Origin: Balanoglossus misakiensis
Lineage: Eukaryota > Animalia > Hemichordata
Assembly (NCBI GenBank): GCA_040954595.2
Contig: CM082576.2
Span: 15,919,028-15,983,027, forward strand
DNA length: 64,000 nucleotides
Direction of reading: 5' to 3'
Shown here one piece after another: positions 1 through 12,600 of this stretch. Numbering within the stretch: the first letter of the stretch is position 1; every line of letters begins with the position of its first letter. Below the pieces are notes generated by a model that was given only the letters and a program-made list of their open reading frames with translations, was not told the origin of the DNA and did no database searches. A program made the translations under genes and the position numbers.

Positions 1-192
1 AGATTGTGCAATGTAAACAAACACGTGCAAACCAAGTTCCATCTCCTCTGTCAAAAGGAAAATAGGATTATCATAGCTTTAAAGTAAACTTCAGAAACCT
101 GTTGAAGAAACTGAAATGATTTCCTATTTGTCCGGCTAATAGGGTGTCAAGTGACTGTTTGGGAACCAGACCCCATCATGCAATGCAAGTAC

Positions 193-825
193 CTTCATTT
201 CCTGTCCCGCCGACACCCATTTCGTCACTTCCGCAATGACAGTTGATACGTCCTCTCGTTTACAGTCAGCATTCTGGGAACCACGCAGCACATCTGAAAT
301 GAAAGGATGAAGTCCAATGTGCATAAAATACTGGTTTTGGTCTACAAGAATGATTTTCGCTATTTGACCTTCTGCGGCAAGTTGAGGCACCCCTTACACT
401 GTTCAGGGTTCAGTTTGTATTGCTAGATAAAATATAATCTACTGCCGCGCCGTCGACTGTGACGAGGTAAGCATGACAGAAAAACAGAGACCAAAGGTCA
501 AACAAGGCAACGGGTTACACGTACCAAAACAAACCGAAAGCTGAATAAAAATGTGAAATTACTCCGATATATTGTAGGCAAATTGAAAAATTACTAACAC
601 ACAGAAAGATATGAAGTAGTTGAAGTGAGTGAAATCATTTTTTGATCCTTGATGACAGTTATGTTTGAGCGGAATGGTTTTGATGGAATGCGGAAGTACA
701 TGTAACCGTCTGTTCGGAAAATCGTGCTTTGCCGACGAATGAGATATGAATCTGGTTAGTGTCCTCACAAAAACACCATGGAGTTAGCATGGGGTTGGCT
801 TACCTGCTATCTGTACAGCAGCCAT
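193..825 (-). CDS. Probable first two coding exons (825-804 and 293-193) of an unidentified host gene running off the window start
   Basis: ATGGCTGCTGTACAGATAGCAG|gtaagc gives a phase-1 donor. Acceptor cctttcatttcag|ATGTGCTG...ATGAAG|gtac is phase-compatible. Joined peptide MAAVQIADVLRGSQNADCKREDVSTVIAEVTKWVSAGQEMK; family not recognised. Confidence 0.45.
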
Positions 826-1863
826 TCTACCAAACACTTAAAATCTGAATCCAATATTTGACGCAGCCGTGAGGGTGACTGGAGTGCGATCACCTGACTA
901 TACTGATGTTGTCACCTGACTATGTTGTCATTAGTTTGCGTCTCTGACCTATATCACTTCGCCGTATTTTATACATTGGTAGAAGTCATTCCTAAATGTT
1001 GTTTATGATGTAGAACCTATACCAACCAGCCCTTAGAGAGATTTTATGTAACCCCTTTTCGGTTCATGAACATGTGGGTGTAAGCCAAACAAATAGTCAG
1101 AATGAAGCAATCTATAAGTCTTCACGCGGCAATCAAAACACCCATACACTGAGTGATCTCAGAAACAGCGAAATAATGGTTGTGGTCTGTTTGACAACAG
1201 GCGAATTGAATCTGCGATGAATAAACAAGCGGATGTTAATTAGTCGACCCGTTGAAACATAGAGTTGTATGACAGACAGAACAATTAGAACTAGAATACA
1301 AAATAGAACTATATTACAAATTAAGACGTGCAATTACTTTAACATATCAATATCTTTTTCTGTTAATTTTGAAGTAATTCTATTCGGTGAATCTGTAAGG
1401 TGTTTGTCGATGACCTCGTTTAAACACCTATCCAGCACATGAGGGCGCTGTCACAGTAGCAGAATTATTCGCAAAATGTACACCTTTGTTGATGATGCGA
1501 CATTTTCAACAAAAGTGATTGACAACATCCTACAGACGATAATTTCAAAATTGTGAGTAGATAGAGTTTTCATGGACGAAGAAACAAAAACAAAAACAAA
1601 ATGCAATATTACAGATTTGTCACAATGCTGAACAAATGAAAATGACCAGGTTATTAGATAAGTGGTTTAATTATAGAGTAGATATTTGTGGAAAAATTGC
1701 CTCGAAATCAATGATCAACATTTCGTCATTTTGACCACAATAGATAATGCCTATCTGCACTTCCAAAATCGTAATAGTAAATTATTAAAATTGAAAAGTA
1801 AAGAACACTCCGTTCATTATTAAAATATCAATGCTTCAGTCAATAAAGAAAAGATTATCGGTA

Positions 1864-2345
1864 TGTAATGGTCAAATAAGGAGAGTGGGTTACAATTCGA
1901 AAAGTTAACCATAGAGGGCGTTTACACCGTGACATCCATCATTAAGATTTTCATGACGTTTTATTGTCGCATGTAATCGGGAACGACCTCAGTCCTGACA
2001 GCACCCCATATCAATCTTCGCAATCGGGAGTTTAGTCAAAATTTATTTCACGCTGTGTGACTCCATAATTGTATTTTCAAAGACATCATTTCTTATCGGA
2101 CAGAGTTTTGGGCGAGGCAGCACATGGCATGATCGTGCCAGTCAATCAACACCAAGTGCCTTTCCGGAGGGGGGGGGTGTCTTTCTGAATGGTTTCGGTT
2201 GTTGCACATGGTTATCTATTTATCTATTAACCATGTCTATTAACTTCATCTGGACTTCGCACTATTAATAAAAGGGGACTTACATGCGGTCATTTGACCA
2301 CATAAATTTAACACCATGTTTATCACCTTTAACATTATTAAAAAA
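1864..2345 (+). repeat. ~480-bp dispersed direct repeat, copy 1
   Basis: AGAGTGGGTTACAATTCGAAAAGTTAACC...CACCTTTAACATTATTAAAA recurs almost verbatim at ~6804-7297. Confidence 0.9.
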
Positions 2346-3528
2346 ACTTTGGCAAATAGACCAAAAATAGAAATGCCTTTCCCAGTTATGATGTTGAAGA
2401 AATTGCCATGGAAACTTATCATCAAAACTATCCGTTCACTATGAGACGTTTCCGGACATGGGTAACAGTCTGGCTTGCGTGCCGACGTGAATGACACATT
2501 CAATCAGTGCCTGATTATTAAAACCAAGGTCAAGTGATACACCGCATTTACGTTTGGTCTCTCCACATAGTTTGTCCACCAAGCTACCGTCAGAATCTCG
2601 GGCATAATCTCCACCGCGCATCCCCTTAGTGCAGGTCCGCTCCGTTTTCTATTAATTGGAGGGACAGTAGTAATGTTAAATTATTAGTTGAAATCAATAG
2701 ATAGGCTGAATAGATCCAGAATTTGTTAGTGTTAAGAATCATAGCTAGACAGGTTTGATATATCCAAGTAGGCATTTACGGTGATTGCATTTTTTTTTCA
2801 TAGGAAGTGGTTTTAGTCACCTTCAGCCAGTGTCTGGTCAACAAACCCGGTTCAATGCATGGTCCCTAGCCTCCAAACATTTGATTGTCTGCTCGGCCGT
2901 TGGAATAACTTCGTAGATGGCTACGGCATCTGTGCCGGAGATTGTTGATATGGCATGTATTTATACCGTATTAGAACCCTGTACCATCATTTAAAAGAAA
3001 ATTTAATCAGTTAAATTTCATTCCTTCATTTGAATCATAATTGTCTATTAAACACACAGTAATGTCATTATGCTTTCCTTGAAAAACTGTAATTATTTAA
3101 TGGATATCTTCTTTAATTGAGACATCGTAAATTATGCAATACCTCTTAGATTTGGAGCGCATTGTAGCAAAGGAATTACTGGATTATTTCTACACACACA
3201 ATAGGCTTAACGAATTTACATTGAATTTAGAGCGGACATACGCCGTGCTAGGTACGCGAATTATATTTGTCGGAACATTTCATCATTGGTGTAAATTATT
3301 TGTTTGATGTTTTCTAGAGTTTGTGATTATAATATAGGGCGATGAAGCTCCGAGAACAATCATGAGTTCGGGGTACTCTGGCAAAAGGTCAAACAATGCT
3401 GTAATTTTTCATTTCTCACGGACACCCTTGATAATTTTGATAATAGAACGGCTGTTCATTGAATCCGACAGGTCACCAGATTCATCCACATGTGCGTCGA
3501 TATATTGATCTGACTGACATCTAGTTGT

Positions 3529-3985
3529 GTCTACCAAAATCCGATGACCGGAAACACGTCATTTTCAAGATGGCGTCCAAGATGGCTGCCGCACACTTAA
3601 AATGGTCATAACTACAGGTATTCTTTATTCTAAATCAGTGATAAAAATAGCAACAAAAGATTTCGCAATAGTTTTGCATAGTATCAAATGTGCTTATTAA
3701 CATACTAAAAGTCTACCAAAATCCAATGACCGGAAATGCGTCATTTTCAAGATGGCGTCCAACATGGCTGCCACATACTTAAAATGACCATAACTACAAT
3801 TGTTCTTTATTCTAAATCAGACATTAAAATTGCAACAAAAGGTTTCTCAACGGTTTTCTATAGTATCGAATGTGCTTAATAACATATTAAAAGTCTACCA
3901 AAATCCCATGACCGGAAACACGTCATTTCCAAGATGGTGTACAAGATGGCCGCCGCATATCTAAAATGACCATACATGTATAACT
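3529..3985 (+). repeat. Tandem array of ~182-bp units (about 2.5 copies)
   Basis: GTCTACCAAAATCCNATGACCGGAAA...CAAGATGGCGTCCAA restarts at ~3529, ~3711 and ~3893. Confidence 0.9.
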
Positions 3986-3999
3986 ATATACAAGTGCCA

Positions 4000-4630
4000 T
4001 TTTACCCAAGGAGATAGATGCCTTACATCAGAATTTTTGGTAAGGAAGGTTAAGAAGTCAATTCTATGTAAAACAATTGGGATGATTCCCAAACAATAGT
4101 CTTAAAGACCCCACTCAAGACAAAAATTACCGTTTTGGCCACTTCTTGTCCCAAAAGTGTCATTTTTAGAAAGCAATAAAAACAAACTGCTTCTTCTCAT
4201 CAGAGATCTGATGATGTATGATATGCCCATTCTATTTAAAATTGTGTGACTATTCCAAAAAGCAGTCTTATTGACCCCACGCAAGACAAAATTGCCTTAT
4301 TATCCATTTTTGTCCCAAAAAATCATTTTAGACAAAATAAAAAACAGACTGTTTTCCGCACATTCGGTGATCAGACAAAATTAAAAACAATTTTTTCCAC
4401 ACATTCGGTGGTCTGATGATATATGGAAAGTCAATTATAGGTTAAAAGTGGTGACTATTCCAAAATAGTAGTGTTATTGACCCCACTCAATACAAACTTG
4501 CCATTTTGGCCACTTTTTGGTCAAAATTTGTCATTTAAAAAACAAACTGTTTTATTCATATTGTGATTGATGTACCGAAAGTCCATTATGTAAATACTTG
4601 TGATGATTCCAGACAAGGTAGTTTTGTTGC
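4000..4630 (+). repeat. Diverged left arm of foldback-type element (same family as 9657-13433)
   Basis: TTACCCAAGGAGATAGATGCCTT...GGTAAGGAAGG matches ~10124. Repeated GACCCCAC.CAAGACAAAATT subunits are present. Confidence 0.7.
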
Positions 4631-4649
4631 CCTCAAGTCATTTATAAAT

Positions 4650-5100
4650 GCTAGTCCCACACCCTAGAAAAAAACTTAGACATTACAATCCAGAAGAAAC
4701 AATCAATCTTGATGAAACCATTTTCCCCGACATATATTTTCCCAATTTTCCAGTACAAGGTTTTTTTTATAAAGCACTTGTTCAAAATAAGGCAGAAAGG
4801 CCAACACCACAACTTACACACGAAAAACTTTATCCAAACAGCAGCTTTTTGCGGAAAGATATTTTGAATCTCCCCTATTAAACTATCAGGGATGAAAAAC
4901 GGAGAAGTTTCCAATTAAAAAAATGTACATAGAATTATTGCCTGTCGTAGCCTTTTAAAGAAATGGAATGCCGTGGATGATGATTCATGTATACATTGTG
5001 ATGATACTGAGACTATACAACATCTGTTCTATTCATGTGTCAATATGTAAGGGACCTTTTGATAAGTTTAACAACCTTTGGCGAGAGATCTCTTCAAGAG
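4650..5100 (+). pseudogene. L1/Tx1-clade LINE ORF2 C-terminal remnant (zf-RVT CCHC knuckle)
   Basis: Frameshifted translation HRIIACRSLLKKWNAVDDDSCIHCDDTETIQHLFYSC at ~4928-5038 matches the CxxC...ETxxHLFxxC motif of L1-like ORF2. Confidence 0.75.
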
Positions 5101-5203
5101 GTTTCGTGTCTCTTGATACTTTTAGTTAAACTATGTCGTTCTGATCGCAAAATATCACTTGTATTTGATACGATTTTGTAATTTTAGACTGTCATTTTCA
5201 ATG

Positions 5204-5204
5204 T

Positions 5205-5299
<95 letters not shown>

Positions 5300-6100
5300 C
5301 ACATTAAAGGATTTCCCATTTACAATACTCAAACAGGGGTAGAGACCCCTATAAGGTTGTAATCTACCATGGGGTCCTACTATAAAGTATAAAAATGAAA
5401 GTTTAAAACAGAAAAGTACAAATAGTAAAAGTAAAACTTATAAAAGTGGTGACTACAAGTTGAAGTTTCTAAAACTGTGAGGTCGTCTATCTGCTTAAAG
5501 TGGTTCTGATGTAAGAGTTCAACAGAGATTTGAAATTATTTATGTTGGTACTGCATCTAACAATGTCAGGTAGAGAGTTCCAAGCTCTAGCAGCACGCAT
5601 AGCAAACGTTCTTTGACCTGTTTCAGTTCGAAATCGAGGCAATAATAATTTGCGAGTTGAGGCTCCTCGTGTCTGGTAAGCATGGGCGTCATTCAGTGTA
5701 ACAATTTTTTCTATAAGATAGCTAGGAGCAGAGTTGTTGAAACATTTGTACACCATAATACAAGTAAAGTAAAAAATACGTTGTCTTACAGATAGCACAT
5801 CGAATCTTTCAAAAAGTACATCAGTTGGGGTATCAAAATCAGCATTAAGTATTACTCTTAAGGCACGCTTCTGCAATTTATAAACCTTGTCTATATTTTT
5901 AGAAGTCGTATTTCCCCACACAATAGAGCAGTAGTCAATGACAGATTGAATCAAACCGTAATATAAAACTTTTCTGAGGTGTAAAGGTATGAATTTACAA
6001 AGGCGCCTAAGTAGTCCAACTCTCCGACTCAAAGTAAGACACAAATTATCAATATGTTTATCCCATGAAATAGAATTGTCTAAGATTAAACCCAGTATGT
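5204..6100 (-). mobile_element. 5'-truncated CR1/L2-group (Crack/Daphne-like) LINE with (TAAA)n tail
   Basis: Reads LGLILDNSISWDKHIDNL into ORF 6044-5487 (YYGLIQSVIDYCSIVWG, KLQKRALRVI, RTFAMRAARAWNSLP), then a 3' UTR and a (TAAA)n tail seen as (ATTT)n at ~5204-5299. Confidence 0.88.
5487..6044 (-). CDS. C-terminal fragment of CR1/L2-group LINE ORF2 (post-RT region)
   Basis: 185-aa ORF with typical CR1/L2 C-terminal motifs DYCSIVWG, LQKRALR and WNSLP. Confidence 0.8.
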   Translation of the reverse strand: MCLTLSRRVGLLRRLCKFIPLHLRKVLYYGLIQSVIDYCSIVWGNTTSKNIDKVYKLQKRALRVILNADFDTPTDVLFERFDVLSVRQRIFYFTCIMVYKCFNNSAPSYLIEKIVTLNDAHAYQTRGASTRKLLLPRFRTETGQRTFAMRAARAWNSLPDIVRCSTNINNFKSLLNSYIRTTLSR

Positions 6101-6109
6101 TTCTAATAT

Positions 6110-6530
6110 CATATAAATAAAAATTCGATTGAAAGAAAAAACGGACTTTTAATACATCATCAAATCTCTGGATATGAAGAAAACAGTTTGTCTAAAATTG
6201 ACAAATGTTTGACCAAAAAGTGGCCAAAGTGGCAATTTTGTATTGAGTGGGGTCAATAAGACTACTTTTTGAAATGCTCTTCACTTTTAACGTAGAATTG
6301 ACTTTCCATATATCATCAGGTCGCTTAATGTGGAAAAAACAGTTTGTTTTAAATTTTGTCTAAATGAACTTTATGGGCAAAAAATGGACAATACGGCAAT
6401 CTTGTCTTGGGTGCGGTCAATTAGACTGCTTTTTTGGAATAGTTATCACATTTTACAAGAATGGGCATGTCATACATCACGAGACCTCAAATGTGAAGAA
6501 AACAGTTTGTTGTTATTGTTTTCTAAAAAA
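6110..6530 (-). repeat. Diverged right arm of foldback-type element (inverted relative to 4000-4630)
   Basis: GGCAATTTTGTATTGAGTGGGGTCAATAAGAC subunits are the reverse complement of those at 4100-4520. Confidence 0.7.
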
Positions 6531-6803
6531 TCGCGTCAAGGACACGGTGGTCCCATTGAGTTATTACACAAGAAAAAGTCTACACCGGAGTACATGGCCA
6601 TATACAAACACACAGACACACACATAGCGAGAGATCAATGGGCAAACACTGACTGACCCATAAGCTGCCAATGGCATATGTACTGTACGTACACTAACGA
6701 TTGAAATACCAAAAGTTGACGGACGACAGACGACGGACGGACACTTATCAACCTACTGCTACAGCTCGGTTGACACAAGTGATAGCAGAGCTAATGTTAA
6801 TAA

Positions 6804-7297
6804 TGTAATGTTTAAGTAGAAGAGTGGGTTACAATTCGAAAAGTTAACCATAGAGGGCGTTTACACCGTGACATCCATCGTTAAGATTTTCATGACGTTT
6901 TATTGTCGCATGTAATCGGGAACGACCTCAGTCCTAACAGCACCCCATATCAATCTTCGCAATCGGGACTTTGGTCAAAATTTATATCACGCTGTGTGAC
7001 TCCATAATTGTATTTTCAATGACATCATTTCTTATCGGACAGAGTTTTGGGCGAGGCAGCACATTTATACAAAGGCCAAAGGGTCAATGCATGATCGTGC
7101 CAGTCAATCAACACCCAGTGCCTTTCCGGAGGGGGTGCCTTTCTGAATGGTTTCGGCTGTTGCACATGGTTATCTATTAACCATGTCTATTGTCTTCATC
7201 TGGACTTCGCACTGTTAATAAAAGGGGACTTACAGGTGGTCATGATTTGATCACATAAATTTAACACCATGTTTATCACCTTTAACATTATTAAAAC
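6804..7297 (+). repeat. ~480-bp dispersed direct repeat, copy 2
   Basis: Near-identical to 1864-2345 apart from small indels. Confidence 0.9.
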
Positions 7298-7803
7298 AAG
7301 TGACCTAGCGGCCGATAGAGTTGCAGAAACGATTAGGCAACCAGTTAGCAGGATTGATATGCAGGTTATGATGAGAAGCTGAATATTCAACAAGCCAACA
7401 TATGTAGGGAGTAGAATAAGAAAGTGTAGAGGATAGACATACACACATAGTTGAGCTATTTTTGACTGGTTTGTGTAGAGAGGTATTGTTGACGTACAAG
7501 TATAATGAGAATAAATGAATGTCTGAATGTTATGATTGTATTTTGAATCTGGTAATAAATAACATTTTTACACAACATGAATTATAACATTCATTTCTCT
7601 TAGTGGTTTCTGGGGAAAAAGACAGCAATACAATCTTTTCCATGAGAAAATTTAATTTTTTGGGCCAATTATGCTGTAAAGGAAAAAAAAGAAAAGGCGC
7701 AAAACAATCATTTTCTTGATAACTTACAATTATTTGCTGCTGCATACTGTACTGCATTTATAGGTAAATCATGGAGATAGGAAGCCAATTATAGTAGCTG
7801 CTG

Positions 7804-9246
7804 CGTCACAAAGTGTCTATAGTGTTGTGTGTTGTCTTGTGTGTCCAGTGTTGTTTTTGTGTGGTGGTTAAAGGTTAGTTAGGGTTTGCTGCACGTCTAC
7901 TTGTCTGAGGTGGTTAGACAGTCAGTTACACATCTTAGCATCGAACGGCTTTGACAAAATGAACTCTGCTATGACACACCACCAGTGTAAATTACTGCGC
8001 ATGGACAATTCACCAGAACTGGATTACATAATCTCTGCACTGACTTGGTCTGCATGAATAATTCGGAGGTGATAATTCGGGGAGAAACTAAAACAATAGA
8101 CAGTGGAGAACAGTGGACAATCATTCTGAATAAATTATTGTAGAAAATATGTACAGCAATGCACCTGGAAGGTGGTATAAAAGGCTGCGTGCCCATTCTT
8201 GAGGGAGAGACTGACATGACAGCCAGCAGTAGCACTGAGGCACTGTGTGTGTAATCCTACCAGAATCTGACTGCCAGGCCTGTATGGCGAAACTACCACG
8301 GTGACGGAGTTTTCCACCAAGTGTGATACGAGACATCCTGTGCGGCCACGGATCAACCATCTTCTCGATGAAACTGGAAAGACTGCTATATTCTGCGACC
8401 CATTTCCCGGAACATTGTCACTACTGAACTCACTGAACTCAACAATCTTTCTTAGCAAGGGTAGGGCAAACGTTCGATAACCACCTGTTAATGTCGTTTG
8501 TCATGTTTGTACTGTTTCATGTCTTTGTGCTTGTGTTTTGTGTAATATTTCTTTACTATGCATACAATCCACTTGTATTTTGTCTATAGTGGCTGTCCCT
8601 GTACAATTGATTGGATCCATCGATACAATTCTGCAAGTTGAATAAATATAGTCTATGCATAAACGTAATAAAGTTTCTGAGTTTTACGATTCCCGTAGTA
8701 AGGGGTCCCCAGCACAAAAGAACCCAGTCATATGGTCTGAAGGAAAAGCTACCTGGTACTGCCCCAGTATCATCCCTTGTATCTTACCTTGTGAAATATT
8801 TGGTGGCAGCGGTGGGATAGTTTTCATTGAAATTCATATCTTTCGGATTTTTTTTGTTTATTCCCACCGTCTATATCTTGGATACCCAGCGTGGTTCCTG
8901 GTATATAACAAAAACTACAAAAGGGGGACAAATTGGCCAATCTTGTAGGTGTTGGTGAATCGTAAACTCATATATATCAGGGTATAATATTTTTAGGATG
9001 GATCTGGCCGAAATTAAGAGAGTTGGTGAAGAGATAGGGTTAGAAGGAGGAGACCTTGCTGATTTCATAAAAGAACGACAGACCATATACACGAGAACAA
9101 CAAAAGATAGCACGTGAAGAGAGACAGGCAAAACGAGAAGCTGATAAATTGGAAACTGAAGTAACTTTGCGTACACTAGAGTTTGAACAGGAAAAGTTAA
9201 TGTCAGCTGAAAGACAGAGAGAGAAAGACAGGCAATTTGAACAGTA
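7804..9246 (+). mobile_element. Truncated Gypsy LTR retrotransposon: 5' LTR (~7804-8796), tRNA-Leu PBS and gag N-terminus
   Basis: Degenerate LTR ends CGTCACAAAG...CCTTGTGAAA, with TATAAAA at ~8175 and AATAAA at ~8641. PBS TGGTGGCAGCGGTGGGAT at 8801. Frameshifted gag from ATG 8998: MDLAEIKRVGEEIGLEGGDLADFIKERQ...EQQKIAREERQAKRE. Confidence 0.72.
8801..8818 (+). promoter_or_regulatory. Primer-binding site complementary to tRNA-Leu 3' end
   Basis: TGGTGGCAGCGGTGGGAT is the reverse complement of ATCCCACCGCTGCCACCA. Confidence 0.8.
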
Positions 9247-9656
9247 AGATTTGCAACATGGACGGTTTGTGTATCGGTATGTGTCGTGCATGTTACTGCT
9301 GAACAAAAAAGATATGCGGGCACCGCAGGCTGGCGAAAACGGTGCTCACGTGCTCAGTCAGTCAGTCAGTCAGTCACTGTACCATTTGAAGACGCCCTTA
9401 TATAGGTGAATTTAGCTATGTACTGACTGTCTTTTCATTTTTTCTTCATCCTATAGAATCTACCGCCCTGGTCGCTGTCAATAACAATTCAACTCCTTAA
9501 ACATCCTGTGTGTGTGAAGTCTAAGAACACTGGCCATGCATTTCAATTCAAGAACAAAATGAATGCGCAAGATTTCGTTTTATCGAGGGTAATGTGCAGT
9601 GATTAAATTTGCTAGGGCTCTCTTAGCAGATTTGGAGTTTGTCATTTTGGTAGAAA

Positions 9657-12600
9657 CTTTTCGAGTTATTGGCTTCTAAATTATATTGGGTAACGTATGT
9701 AGGAAAGCCTAAAAGTGCATATAAATTGACGTAGGGGGGTAAATTAGTCTTGTAAAATACTGTCTCTCTTAACGTATACCTCGAACAACAGGGATGTATT
9801 TGGTATCAAAAGAAAGCTTAATAAACAAGCTTTCCATTAATTACAAAATAAAAGTGATATGACAAATCATGACATCATAGTGACGTCATAAGTCAAAATA
9901 CCCTTACGAAAATGGTGTTCTGTTCACCTATAAATGTGAGGTTTTGCAAAACATGTCTCTGTGCAATTGTACTGATGAAAACTGTGATGTGTTTGATATC
10001 AACAGAAAGCTGATTGAGTAAAGTATCTAATTATTACAAAAAATTGATATAATAATCAATTACGTCATCATTACGTCATACTTCCAAGTACCCTTACCAA
10101 TTAGTGTCTATGATGACAAGTTATTACCCTAGGAGATAGGTGCCTTTAAATAAAAAAAATTGGTAAGGAAGGTTTGTGAAGTCCATTCTACGTAAAAAAT
10201 GGTACTGATTCCAAAAAAGTCAGTCTTATTGACCCCACCCAAGACAAAATTGCCATTTTGGCACTTTTTAACCCAAAAAAGGTCATTTTTAGAAAACACT
10301 AAAAACACACTGTTTTCGTCACATTCGAAGATCTGATGACATATGATATGCCTATTCTATGTAAAATTTGGTTGATATTACGAAAAAAGCAGTCTGACTG
10401 ACCCCACCCAAGACAAAATTGCCATTTTGGCACTTTTTAACCCAAAAAAGGTCATTTTTAGAAAACACTAAAAACACACTGTTTTCGTCACATTCGAAGA
10501 TCTGATGACATATGATATGCCTATTCTATGTAAAATTTGGTTGATATTACGAAAAAAGCAGTCTGACTGACCCCAAACGAGACAGAATTGCCTTTTTGAC
10601 CATTTTTGCCCAAAAACGTCATTTTTAGACAAAACTTAAAACACACTCTTCTCTTCATATTGATTGATTTGATGATATATGGAAAGTCAATTCTATGTGT
10701 AAAATGGTGACTATAAAACATAAAGCAGTCTTTTTGACCCAAATCAATACAAAAATGCCATTTTTGGCCACATTTTTGAGTTCAAAAAGGTCAATTTTTC
10801 AAAAAAACTGAAAACAAACTGTTTTCTTCATATTCAGAGATCTGATTATGTATGAAAAGTCCATTCTATGTATATAATATCTGATTGACCCCATTCTAGT
10901 CAAAATTGCGTTTTTGGCAATTTATTGCCTAAAAGACCTACTTAAGACAAATTTATCATTTTAAACATTTTCTAGAGAAAAAAATGTTTGCATTTGGAGA
11001 TAGCCCAAATTGAACTCATAATGATGATGAAACAGCGTCGAGAGTAAAAGAAGTTATACGAATTGAACCAAAGTCGCATCGATGAGTCTAAACACGTCAC
11101 CCAGGACCAAGCATTAAACATGATACAGGCGACAAAAAGACAGGCACTGCACATGACGAAGTCCCAAATATTCACTTAGAACATCTCCAAATTGAAACGT
11201 CAAGGAATTTAAGAGTTTTTATTATATTTATTAGGTTTAAACCCACATTTTCCCTGTTGTGTGCTAGTTCAGAGCCAGTTTTAGCTCTATTGAGTATTTT
11301 GCATCGTGGGATTGCACCCCTGTCCAATCAAAATGACGGAGGTATCATGATATAATATAATTTCTGATTTTGTATTCAGAACGAAGAGGATAAATGTCAA
11401 CAATCTATCCGGAGCTGGTATAGATGTACATAAAAAAATTTATACCATGTATAACCGACTTATAGTATACAGACTACAGTGTGAATACGTCTCGTTTTAT
11501 TGTTGAGTTCCCTTTTAGGCTAAATGTGCCAAATTGTGGCAACTCTGCCTTTCAATATCATCAATTCAACTGATATCATAATGGTATGACATTTTAAATA
11601 TGCAAATATAACATCAAAACTCAAAAGGCAAAAAACACAAATTATTTTGTTTTCTGAAAAAGACTTGTTGACTAGAAGATGGCTTAGTGGCAATTTTGTA
11701 TTGAGTGGGGTCTTAATAAGACTGTTGTGTTGGTATCAGCATATTTTTTTGCAAAAAATGGACTTTCCATTCATAATCAAACATTTAAATACGAAGAAAA
11801 CAGCTTGTTTTCATTTTTTCTTGAAATGACCTTTTTGACCAAAAAAAAGGCCAAAATGACAATTTTGTAGGGCTGAAAAGAATTTTTTTTTTGAATCGGC
11901 TCCCTTTCAACAAAAATGGACCTTCTCCGCGTACATCATAAGATCTCTGAAAATAAAGTTCAAAAGAAGTTTCAGACAGTTACCTTTTTTGAGCAAAGTG
12001 GCCAAAATGGCATTTTTCCCTCTGTGGAGTCAGTAAGAGTGCTTTTTTGGAAAAAGCGCTACTTTTAAGATAGAATGGACTTTTATTTATTATTAGTTGC
12101 AAACATTTTTTTCTCTAGAAAATGTTTAAAATTATAAATTTGTCTTAAGTAGGTCTTTTTAGGCAATAAATTGACAAAAACGCAATTTTGACTAGAATGG
12201 GGTCAATCAGATTTTTTTTTACATAGAATGGACTTTTCATTCATAATCAGATCTCTGAATATGAAGAATACAGTTTGTTTTTAGTTTTTTTGTAAAAATG
12301 ACCTTTTTGACCTCAAAAATGTGGCCAAAAATGGCATTTTTGTATTGATTGGGGTCAAAAAGACTGCTTTATGTTTTATAGTCACCATTTCACACATAGA
12401 ATTGACTTTCCATATATCATCAAATCAATCAATATGAAGAGAAGAGTGTGTTTTAAGTTTTGTCTAAAAATGACGTTTTTGGGCAAAAAATGGTCAAAAA
12501 GGCACTTCTGTCTCGTTTGGGGTCAGTCAGACTGCTTTTTTCGTAATATCAACCAAATTTTACATAGAATAGGCATATCATATGTCATCAGATCTTCGAA

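Noticed and set aside
136-390. 84-aa ORF as a standalone flavoprotein-like gene (KIILVDQNQY)
   Set aside because: GTG start just after a stop; better explained as one internal exon plus intron sequence.
5159-5362. ORF with YLFI repeats
   Set aside because: Translation of the (ATTT)n LINE tail.
8871-9323. 150-aa hydrophobic ORF as a membrane protein
   Set aside because: Antisense shadow of the purine-rich gag fragment.
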